64,000 bases of DNA from Eledone cirrhosa (taxonomy: Eukaryota): NCBI GenBank assembly GCA_964016885.1, contig OZ024742.1, positions 364,436,001 through 364,500,000 on the forward strand. The letters are read 5' to 3'. Shown here piece by piece: positions 53,201 to 64,000 of this stretch. How positions within the stretch are numbered: position 1 is the first letter of the stretch; each line of letters opens with the position of its first letter. The position numbers and the translations under genes were made by a program. The notes beneath the pieces were generated by a model. It saw nothing but the letters and a program-made list of their open reading frames with translations, was not told where the DNA came from and did not search any database.

Positions 53201-55572
53201 TAGGACCTGGTTACTGGAAGCTAAACATGTCATTTCCAGCACGTAAGGCTTACAGGGACCAGGTCAACAATTTAGTTAAGAAAAAGTTGATAGGGGGAGT
53301 CGCCAACAATAGATGGTGGGGGGGCTCTCAAAAGTGAGATTAAAGTAATGTCGATAGAGTTTAGCAAAGAAGTAGAGAAAAATAGAAAGGAGAGAGAGTT
53401 GGTAGATAAGTTAGACGAGGCTATTGGTAGTGGCATTTTAACTGTTGTGCGAGTGGCGAGAATGGCATTAGACCATTTCTTCAATGCGAAACACGAAGGT
53501 TGCATTGTCAGAGCTAGGGCGCGTGCTCTGAGAAACGAGGGAACCAAAGCTGTTCGATGGGCCCGTGTGGCAGAGGCGCAGCGTGGAAATAAAACCACGA
53601 TTCAGTCTTTGACGGACCGAGACGGGTACGAGCTGAGTGATTCCAAGATGATGTGTGAGGCCTTTCGCCAACATTTTGCTCGGTTGTTCGGGGGAAGTGG
53701 CGGGTCAGAGATGTTGGCGGACTTCAGTCCCTACCTTGATGGCTTGCCGCAACTCTCGACGGCTGACGCTGGGCGCTGCGAAAGGGCAATTACTTCAGCC
53801 GAGATTCAGGATGCCCTTGTCGGCTGCATGAGGCGCAAGTCAACCGTTTTGGATGGTCTGCCCTACGAGCTTTACGTAAATGTGCCAGACTTGTTCTCCA
53901 ATCTCCTCGAAGCCCTCTACTGCAACTGGCAGCAAAACGGGAGTATTCCTAGTTCTGTGAGCCGGGGCGTAGTGACGCTGATAAGGAAAGACGAGAACAA
54001 GAGGGACACATCAGACAATTTCAGTCCCATAACTCTGCTCAACACAGAGTTTAATATTTTGGCCAGGGTGTTAGCGAAGAGGTTGGCGCTTGTCGTCGGG
54101 TATTTGGTTGGGGAGGCGCAAACTTGCTAGGCGTTTGGTTCGGGCCAGACCTCCAGGTGGATAAGAATTGGGACGAGGTGACGGGCAGGGTAGTCAGTCT
54201 CACCCAGAAATGGGCTGGGATGAAGCTATCACTGAATGGTCGGGCGTAGGTGGGGAACGCGTACATCGCGTCCGTCATCTACTACCGTCTGATTGTCGTC
54301 TCTTGTCCCCGTTCGCGCCTCGCCATCTTGGAGCGGCTCCTCTTCAAATTCTTGTGGAGGGGCCAGGTTCCGCTGGTGAGGCGGTCCATCTGCTGTTAGC
54401 ACCCTCTACGTGGAGGGCTGGGCGTGCCGTGGCTAATGATGCGCAGGCACGCGCTGAGGCTGCGGCATCTCCAGATATTCTGCCTAAACGGTGAACAGGT
54501 GTGGTCGCCGTTTGTCAGACGGGCCTTTCCGCAGCTCGTTTCTTTGACTGAGTTGCAGTCCTTGGTCAAGAAGAGACCGAGACTGGGTGACTGGCATCTG
54601 AAATGTTGCCAGGCACTCACTGCCCTCTACCAGGCGGGCAATGCGGTCAGTGGAACTTCCACTCTCGAGTTCTATAGAGGATTAGTGGTGAGCAAGTGCG
54701 ACGACGCACTCGGAGAGTGTCTGGGAGTCAACGAAGTCGATCTAACCAGTCTGTACCGGAGGACTTTCGAGCCGGGGACGATGGATAATTTCCAAAATTC
54801 CCTCGCTTGGCAGTGCTACCGGGGGGCACTGCCGGTTCGAGATAAACTCTACAGGCACGGAAGTGCTGTCAGGCGGACCTGCCCCAGATGCGCGCAGAGC
54901 GATGAAACAGTTCTGCACGCACTCGTCCAGTGTCCGTGCATTACTGACTTGTGGAGTTATGTTGAACAGCTGTTGTCGCGTGTAGAACGGATCCGGCTTT
55001 CGGCCGAGTCCATAGTGAAGATCGAACCGCTGCCTTCTTTTGGCCAGGAAGGGCAGGCAATTTTCCTCTGTCTGGTGACAGTAGCGAAAGAGGTTGTATG
55101 GTGGACGAGGTTGAAAGGACTGAAGACAGACACTTTTCTCTTCGGCAATCCCTCATCAACTTTTACAAGTTTCACTTGGAAAGGAAGGTGAGGGTGGAGA
55201 GAGAAGTGCTGCCCCCCAGTACATTTTCTGAAAGGTGGGTGAATGTGACGAGAATGGCCCGTGTGAGTGGGCCTATTCTGGTCATGCGGCTGTAGGTAGG
55301 TAAATTTGAAGGGGAGAGGGGTGCCCTTCTATGGTGCTCTCGAAGCGTCGGGTCGTTCAGGACTGCTGGGGTACCTGAGCGAACCCTAGGTGGTCATCCC
55401 CCCTATTGGGGAATTTTTTCTTGTAATTTTCTTGTTACTTTATTGTTACTTTGTTATTGTTACTTTGTTATTGTTGTTCATATTGTTTACTCGATTTTTC
55501 TGTAAAACCCCACTGTCCCAGTCTTTTGTATTGTCCCCTATATGTCAGCCCTTGTGGCCAATAAATGAAATC
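50275..55572 (+). mobile_element. Tx1-like LINE 2 with 5' UTR: ORF1 50481-52445 and ORF2 52477-55295, both frameshifted, RT core deleted; (ATT)n at both ends
   Basis: CFICGEKTHLRAFC; CLNVRG, SYIDR, SDH, GPGYWKLN, PITLLNTEF; same 3' motif as element 1. Confidence 0.92.
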
Positions 55573-55749
55573 ATTATTATTATTATTATTACTATTATTA
55601 TTGTGCACAAGACGAAATCCTTTTCTACCATGAAGCTATCGACATAAAAGTATTGAGAGATTTGCAAAGAATCCGTCTCTCTGAGTTGCTCAGCCTTATT
55701 CTGCCACGTGATGGGACTGCCAGATATTGTAAACCTTGAAATGACCAAA

Positions 55750-55953
55750 AATTGTTTCTACATTTGGCACAAGGCCAGCAATTTCAAGAGAAGGGGAAAA
55801 TCGACCCCAGTGTTTTACTGGTACTTAATTTTATCGACCTCGTAAGGATGACGTGCAAAGCTAATCTCGGCAGAATTTGAAATCAAGCCATAAAGGACCA
55901 TAACTCTCTGCTGCAAAACATGGTGTCTGACACTCTACCGATTCAGCCAATCC
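55750..55953 (-). mobile_element. SINE family A variant
   Basis: Matches the consensus, with the variant tail also seen at 17765. Confidence 0.8.
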
Positions 55954-56127
55954 AATGACCAATGGTAACATGGTTTTTTTGTATTAATCTGGTGACAGGC
56001 TCTTTCCCCGAAGGAATTGAAGGTACTGTATGGAAAGGATGGTAAACCTGATATATTTTAGCGAACTCAGCCGAAAGAAACCGTAAAAGAGAGATTCCAT
56101 TTCATTGAAGAATATATTAGTTAATAT

Positions 56128-57246
56128 ATGTTTCTTTTATTTGCCACCAGGGCATCAAAAGTGGGACAAGTACAATGGGGGGAGTTTAGATAACAAGGCG
56201 TCCTCAATAGGGAGGAGGCAATAACAAAATATAAAAATAAACTAAAATATAACAAAAAATAAAATTTATAACAAAATCCTCAATAGAGAGGAGGCGCCTT
56301 GGGGGGTCGCACACACTCCCGAAAAAAAGTGTGCAACCCTTCTCCTGAGGAGCACAGAGAGGGGGTGTTCCCTTGATCTTTCATCTTCCTCACCTATAGT
56401 CTGATGTAGAGTGAAGGCCCATTCACACGGGCCATTCTCGCCACTTTCACCCACCTTTCATAAAAACGACTGGGGTGCAGCACCTCTCTCTCCATCCTGA
56501 GGTACAGCACCTCTCTCTCCATCCTGGGGTGCAGCACCTCTCTCTCCATCCTGATCCTTCTTCCGAAATGATATCGGAAGAAACGGACCAGTTGTTGGCC
56601 AGAGAGAAAGGTGTCTGACCTCAGTCCTTTCAGACGCGTCCACCATACAACCTCTATCACCATGGATATTACGCACAGAAACACCGCCTCTCCTTCATTT
56701 TTGAAGGGGGGCGGCGGCTTGATCATTACAATAGACTCGGTGGTCAACCGGATCGGTCCCACCCTTGACAGCAGTGTTCGACATAGCCCCACAGATCAGC
56801 AATGCCCGAGCAGTGTACCAATGCGTGTGCAACGGTTTCCTCGTCGCACACGCATCTGGGACAGATCTTTTTGGCGGGGTCCCTACCCGGGCGCCCGTGT
56901 CTGTAGAGTTTTTCTCGAACGGGTAGAGCCCCTCGGTAGCACTGCCAGGCCAGGGACTTCTGTTCTACCGAACAGGCTGGCAAGTTCGTCTTCCTCCATG
57001 TCTAGGGCTTCTCCGAGGGCGTCGTCGCACCTGCTGCGTACCAGCCCTCTATAGAATGTTGCGGTGGAGTCTCCACTGATAACCCGATCCGCCTGCCAGA
57101 GGGCGATGAGCGCCTGGGCACACTCAGTGTGCCAGGCGCCTAGTTTTCTCGGTCTTTGTTTGACCCAGGATTGCAGCTCGGTGAGTGAGACGAGTCTGGG
57201 AAAGGTTCGTCTCACAAACGAGGCCCACACCGGTTGACCGGTGAGG
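56128..57246 (-). mobile_element. 5'-truncated Tx1-like family B copy with a triplicated 27-bp segment (RMEREVLHP) and 18-bp flanking direct repeats
   Basis: Homologous to 34470-35450; GAATAT(A/C)TTAGTTAATAT at 56110-56127 and 57246-57263. Confidence 0.88.
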
Positions 57247-57294
57247 AATATCTTAGTTAATATTGGCGGTGTAACACATGAGGTAATATGTTTG

Positions 57295-57575
57295 TAGATG
57301 ATGATGATATGATGATAGGATGATATGATGATGATGATGATGATGATGATGATATGATGATATGATGCTGATGATGATGATGATGATGTGAGGATATGAT
57401 GATAATATGATGATGATGATGGTGATAATAATAATAATATAATGATAGCGATGATAATATGATGATAATGATGATGATGATAATAATATAATGATGGCGA
57501 CCATAATATGATGATGATGATGATGATAATGATAATATGATGATGTTGATGATGATAATATGATGATGATGATGA
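57295..57575. repeat. Imperfect (ATG)n microsatellite
   Basis: Direct inspection. Confidence 0.9.
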
Positions 57576-57680
57576 ACGTCGTTAAGATCAAGTAGTGCCT
57601 GTGTTTAAATCTTGTTTACGTGGCGAAAAACCTTGCACTGGTCAACTAAACCGAATATTTCTATGTTCGCGCATATACAC

Positions 57681-57865
57681 ATCATCATCATCATTTTACG
57701 TCCGCTTTTCCCTGCTTGCAATTGTGGGACAGGTTCTATTCAGCATCTTTCCACTTGTCACGGTCCTTCGTCATCTCCTACGTGAGCTTCAGCGATCTGA
57801 GGTCTGCTCTCACTATCTCCGCCCATGTTTTTCGTGGTCTTCCTCTACTGCGTCTTCATTCTACA
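57681..57865 (-). mobile_element. RTE-clade LINE 3' fragment with (TGA)n tail
   Basis: Minus strand translates RSRGRPRKTWAEIVRADL...MTKDRDKWK. Confidence 0.75.
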
Positions 57866-58577
57866 CAACCACACACACCTATATATATATATATATATAT
57901 ATATACATGCATACTTACTTACATACATACACACATACACACACACATACACATATACATACACACATTACATACACTGCATAGGTTTATCCATCTGTCC
58001 GTCTCTCTATCCGAGGAACTACAGTTATAGAAATGCGAAGTGCCCAACGAGCCATCGCATGGTATCGAACCTGAGACCTCATGATTGTTTAACAAATGTA
58101 TTAACTACTCAGCTTTGCTTGTTTCCCTGTAGAGGTGTAGGAAACAACATAACATGCTATGGCAACAGACGTGGGTGAACTGCCATGGTATATAACATAA
58201 CTCGTGACTGCAGGAAATTCGAGACGATAGAGGTATAGACACATAAGAAAAAACACACAGAAAATCCTCATAAATAGATTAAAATGGAGGCAGTAATAGT
58301 GTGTATATATGTGTGTTTATGTCAGTATGTGTATGTGTGTGTGTTTGTATGTGTTTTCACGTGCGTGATTTTAATTTCATAGCCGTTAAAAGTGTGAAGA
58401 AATATGACATGTTTGTTTAGAGAATTGAGAAATCGTCACATCTGTGTCTCATTGAACAGGTATTTATATAAAAAGCGGATCTGTCTATACACGTTTCAAT
58501 ACACCACTCTCCCCATACCTTCCATTCTTCACCTATCTGCTCCATCTCTCTCTCCCCCCTCTCTCCCTCTCTCTCTC

Positions 58578-58683
<106 letters not shown>

Positions 58684-59519
58684 AAAATAAGTCCATAGAA
58701 TCATTTGATAAAATATATACAGTATTTCTTCTCCCAATCACCATTAACAACCACATAAAAAATCAATTAAACGAGACTATAAGTTTAAAATGTACCTATG
58801 AAGAAACAATAGATAAATAAATGATACCTATTTTATCCGCGATCAACAGCCCCAGAAGTTTTACCTAGTATTTCTAATAGCCCGTAGAAATTGACTAGAC
58901 ATATAGTTAACCTTACACAATTGGGTACCAAATCAAAGTTGGAAGAAAAAATGTACATAAACATACCAAACTCATGTTTCTACCCCCGAAGGTTTCATTC
59001 GCTTTTTGGAAATATCCGATCATGGATAAATCAACGAGTTTCGAAATCATCAGGAAACAAACTCAATTGGACAAAGATTTTTCTTAAATGATCCCCGCTA
59101 GAAACAAATTCAAAATGGCTAAGAATTGTCAGATGGCCAGTGGTCAAGTCAGAAAGCTTTACTTTCTTATATATTGCTCTGATTGTTGATTATTTAATTA
59201 ATTAATTCGTCATTGAGCCACACCATGAATGGTTGCCAAAACATATATGTATATATTATGGCTCTGTCTAGTTTATGTATATGTAAACTTTAAGACACTC
59301 TTCCTGCTATTTCAATTGTTAACCGAATATATCCCTTCCATATACTGTACCGATTGTGTTGTTATTTTTACTATTTTTACTATATGATTTTTACTATCAC
59401 TATCTGCTTGCTACATCCAGTGAATATTCAAGCCATAAGCCCTTTCATTTCACTGTAAACTATAACACTTTATAACACATGAGATGTTCATATATTCAGG
59501 TGCTTATGTATGTAGATAT

Positions 59520-59702
59520 AACTGTTTCTACTTTTGGCACAAGGCCAGCAATTTCCCAGTGTATTACTGGTACTTTATTTTATCGACCCCGTAAGGATGA
59601 AAGGCAAAGTTAACCTCGGCGGGATTTGAACTCAGAATGGCAAGGGCCGTAACTCTATGCGTCAAAGCATGGCGTCCGACCCTCTACCGATACTGCCAAT
59701 TC
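59520..59702 (-). mobile_element. SINE family A
   Basis: Near-consensus copy. Confidence 0.88.
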
Positions 59703-60350
59703 ACTTATGTATGTAGATATAACATCGGAGAGAAGGTTTATTACATTTACATGCATCTAACATTGATTGCTAAACACAGTACGGCTTAATTCCGGATATT
59801 TGTTTACAAACACACCGAGCATTATAATAAATGTTCGGTAAATCCATACGTACATATATATATGTGTGCATGTATGTATATACATACATACTACTGTACG
59901 TCTGTATACATATATGTGTGTACGTATACATACTTATATTTAAGTAACAGCCGTACTAAGAGTGAGAAATGAAATTTCGTTTCATTTTTTCCATTTATAT
60001 ATATATATATATATAAAGATATACACGGGTTTACCTCCCTTGCAGGGTAAACACGTGGGGTAGTCACTCCACCATTACTACTGCTTGGAACCCGCTGGCC
60101 GGCTGAGAACAAAATACTTGTTTACGAAATGACAACCTTCTTCGATCGTTAAACCATAAGGTTATAACCAAAGCAGGCAGAATAATTGATTTAGGTGTCA
60201 CAGAAACCTCCCACTGGATTCAACCATCAATTTCCAGGAGGTCCAGGTAAATTCTTTTGTTACCCTGTTTAGCTTGCTTCGTTTTTTTGGCTCAGGTGTC
60301 TGATAGCTTCACGACCACCGTGGGCCTACACACATAACACGTTATATGTA

Positions 60351-60975
60351 CAGTGGGGGGTAAGAGGAGGAGGAAGAGGTATTACATGTATAGAGATGTG
60401 AGCAGTGGGGTGTAAGCGGAGGAGCAAGAGGTATTACATGTGAAGAGATGGTAGCAGTGGGAGGTAAGGGAGAAGGAAGAGGTACAATAATGTAATAAGT
60501 GAAGTAACATTTAACTGCATAATATACATGAGGACACCAATAGTGCTAGATTGCCTTATTTATATATATACACACATACATATATATATATATATCTACA
60601 CACATTATATATATATATATATATACATTCCTACACACACACATATATATATATATACACATGCCTACACACACGTTATATATATATATACATTCCTACA
60701 CACACACATATATATATATATACATGCCTACACACACACACACGTTATATATATATATACATTCCTACACACACACATATATATATATATATACACATGC
60801 CTACACACACACACGTTATATATATATATACATTCCTACACACACACACATATATATATATATATACACATGCCTACACACACACACGTTATATATATAT
60901 ATACATTCCTACACACACATATATATATACATGCCTACACACACACACACGTTATATATATATATATACATTCCT

Positions 60976-61008
<33 letters not shown>

Positions 61009-61630
61009 CATGCCTACACACACACACGTTATATATATATATACATTCCTACACACACACATATATATACATGCCTACACACACACACACGTTATATATA
61101 TATATATACATTCCTACACACACACATATATATATATATATACACATGCCTACACACACACACGTTATATATATATATATACATTCCTACACACACACAT
61201 ATATATATATATATACACATGCCTACACACACACACGTTATATATATATATACATTCCTACACACACACATATATATACATATACACATGCCTACACACA
61301 CACACGTTATATATATATATATAATTGTTGTGGGATGCTTAAAGCGTCCGTAAGCGGTAAGCCGTTAGAGCACTCTATGCTCTTACAGAGCAGAGTATAA
61401 TATCACATAAGAAACGGAGAATCAGTGGTGCGACGAATAAAATGTATTAGACATATTACAACCGTTTCTAAATTTTATTCGTCGCACCACTGATTCTCCG
61501 TTTCTTATGTGATATTATACTCTGCTCTGTAAGAGCATAGAGTGCTCTAACGGCTTACCGCTTACGGACGCTTTAAGCATCCCACAACAATTATATATAT
61601 ATATATAACGTGTGTGTGTGTAGGCATGTG

Positions 61631-61663
<33 letters not shown>

Positions 61664-62443
61664 AGGAATGTATATATATATATATATATAATGTGTGTGT
61701 GTGTGTAGGCATGTGTATATATATATATATGTGTGTGTGTAGGAATATATATATATATATATATAACGTGTGTGTGTGTGTAGGCATGTATATATATGTG
61801 TGTGTGTAGGAATGTATATATATATATAACGTGTGTGTGTGTAGGCATGTGTATATATATATATATATGTGTGTGTGTGTAGGAATGTATATATATATAT
61901 AACGTGTGTGTGTGTAGGCATGTGTATATATATATATATATGTGTGTGTGTAGGAATGTATATATATATATAACGTGTGTGTGTGTGTAGGCATGTATAT
62001 ATATATATGTGTGTGTGTGTAGGAATGTATATATATATATAACGTGTGTGTAGGCATGTGTATATATATATATATGTGTGTGTGTAGGAATGTATATATA
62101 TATATATATATAATGTGTGTAGATATATATATATATATGTATGTGTGTATATATATACATAAGGCAATCTAGCACTATTGGTGTCCTCATGTATATTATG
62201 CAGTTAAATGTTACTTCACTTATTACATTATTGTACCTCTTCCTTCTCCCTTACCTCCCACTGCTACCATCTCTTCACATGTAATACCTCTTGCTCCTCC
62301 GCTTACCCCCCCCCCCCCAACTGCTCACATCTCTATCCATGCCCTCCTCCATTTACCCCCCACTGCTACCATCTCTACACATGTAATACCTCTTCCTTCT
62401 CCCCTTACCCCCCCCCCCCCCACTGCTACCACCTCTTCACATG
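60351..62443. repeat. ~2-kb inverted repeat (arms ~60390-61443 and 61472-~62340, 28-nt spacer) containing a ~65-bp composite minisatellite
   Basis: Unique blocks 60414-60560 / 62159-62305 and 61322-61443 / 61472-61593 are reverse complements; ORFs 60528-61400 and 61515-62190 mirror each other. Confidence 0.92.
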
Positions 62444-62874
62444 AAATTACTGCTATGATCTACTTCTCTTTGCTTTTTAGTTATAACTGTGTGTGTGAGT
62501 GCCTGATATGTTTGTGTGTGTGTTTCTTTGTGCATGTGTTTGTAAGTGTTTGTGTGTGTGAGTGTATGTGTGTGAGTGTGTTTGTGTGTGCGTGCATGTG
62601 TTTGTAAGAGTGTGTGAATGAGAGTATGTGTGTGAGTGATTGCGTTTGCGTGCATGTATTTGTAAGATTGTGTGTGAGTGTATGTGTGTGAGTGTATTTG
62701 TGTTTGCGTGCATGTGTTTGTAAGCGTGTGTGTGTGAGTGTATGTGTGTGGGTGTCTTTGTGTTTGCGTGTGCGTGTGTTGTTTTCTGTTTGGGGACATG
62801 CTATATTTTAGTTTTAAATTCATATTTTCACAATCGTAATTTCAGTTGCTATCAGAGTTGATAGTTCTTAGCTT

Positions 62875-63235
62875 GCAACAACAAGAGCATCACCACAACC
62901 ACCACAACCACCACCGCCACCAGCACCAGCACCACCATCACCAACAACAACAACACCTCCACCACAACCACCACCACCAGCACCACCATCACCAGCAACA
63001 ACAACAACACCTCCACCACAATCACAACCACCACCACCAACAACAACAATACCACCACCACCACAACCAACACCAACACTAACACCACCACCAACGACAA
63101 CAACACCTCCACCACAATCACAACCACCACCACCAACAACAACACCACCGCCACCACAACCACCACCACCACTACCACCACCACCAACAACAACAACACC
63201 ACCACCACTACCACCACAACCACCACCAACACCAC
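62875..63235. repeat. (CAC/CAA)n low-complexity repeat
   Basis: Direct inspection. Confidence 0.9.
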
Positions 63236-63678
63236 ATGTATGGCATGTGTATATATGTGTGGGTACGTTGTGTTTGTGTGTGCATGTATATATGTGTGTG
63301 TGCGTATAATATGTAATATTTTAAGCCAATATTTTTTTTCAATCTACCTGGCATGTCTTAGATATGGACCATGATAATGCTATTTGTACGTTCACTATGT
63401 ATAACTGTGTTTGTATATGTATGTATTTGCATTGAATTTTATATATGCGTTTGTCAGTAGAATGAACCCTTCATTCTTGCTCTTGTGTTGGCATGTGGAC
63501 AGAACTGCAGACACTAATGTTTTTGGGTATCACCCTTCATCAGTACATCTCACTGTTCACCTGCCAAACTGTCAGTGCTACTGAAAATATATGCTATTCT
63601 CAAAAATACACAGTGTCTGATCGGCCAGATTTGCATATCAGCAGACTGGGTGATCAGTCATATCTGCATATTTCTTTC

Positions 63679-63743
<65 letters not shown>

Positions 63744-63782
63744 GCATTGCTTTATTGTACTACAATAAAACTCACCTCCTAC

Positions 63783-63827
<45 letters not shown>

Positions 63828-64000
63828 AACAATGTGTGTTAAGATACCAGGTGTACCATAACGCACCAGAGCACTCAATACTTAGTGTAGTAGAGTGGGT
63901 AATAGGAAAAGAGTCAGGACCCCCACGGCTGAGCTCCAGCCGTTTCGACAGTTCGTTCTGGACTGAATCTAACTGTTAAAACCTATATATATATATATAT

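Noticed and set aside
60560-62160. CRISPR-like regular repeat array
   Set aside because: No unique spacers and no cas genes; it is a composite minisatellite in eukaryotic DNA.
58740-63660. Candidate upstream nAChR exons in unique-looking stretches (also 33500-33900 and 55600-55750)
   Set aside because: No GEK/M2, M1 or Cys-loop motif seen on the minus strand; a short exon could still have been missed by eye.

Overview
AT-rich, microsatellite-dense eukaryotic DNA; the SINE and LINE complement suggests a cephalopod (octopus-like) genome, which is an inference. The only host-gene sequence I can recognise is the last coding exon (M3-M4) of a nicotinic acetylcholine receptor-like Cys-loop subunit on the minus strand (26178-26755). 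Nearly everything else is transposon-derived: Helitron pieces, tRNA-derived SINEs, CR1/RTE/R4-type LINE tails, two tandem near-full-length Tx1-like LINEs plus three truncated Tx1 copies, and many Penelope-like elements (PLEs) with tandem and fold-back pseudo-LTRs. The main hidden signal is non-coding. At least six unrelated repeat families carry type I hammerhead ribozyme (HHR) folds. Several replace the canonical C3-G8 core pair with a compensatory U3-A8 pair (UUGANAA), and one is a 426-bp ORF-less tandem unit resembling a retrozyme. All folds and coordinates were read by eye. Most short ORFs in the track are (AT)n/(CA)n artefacts.
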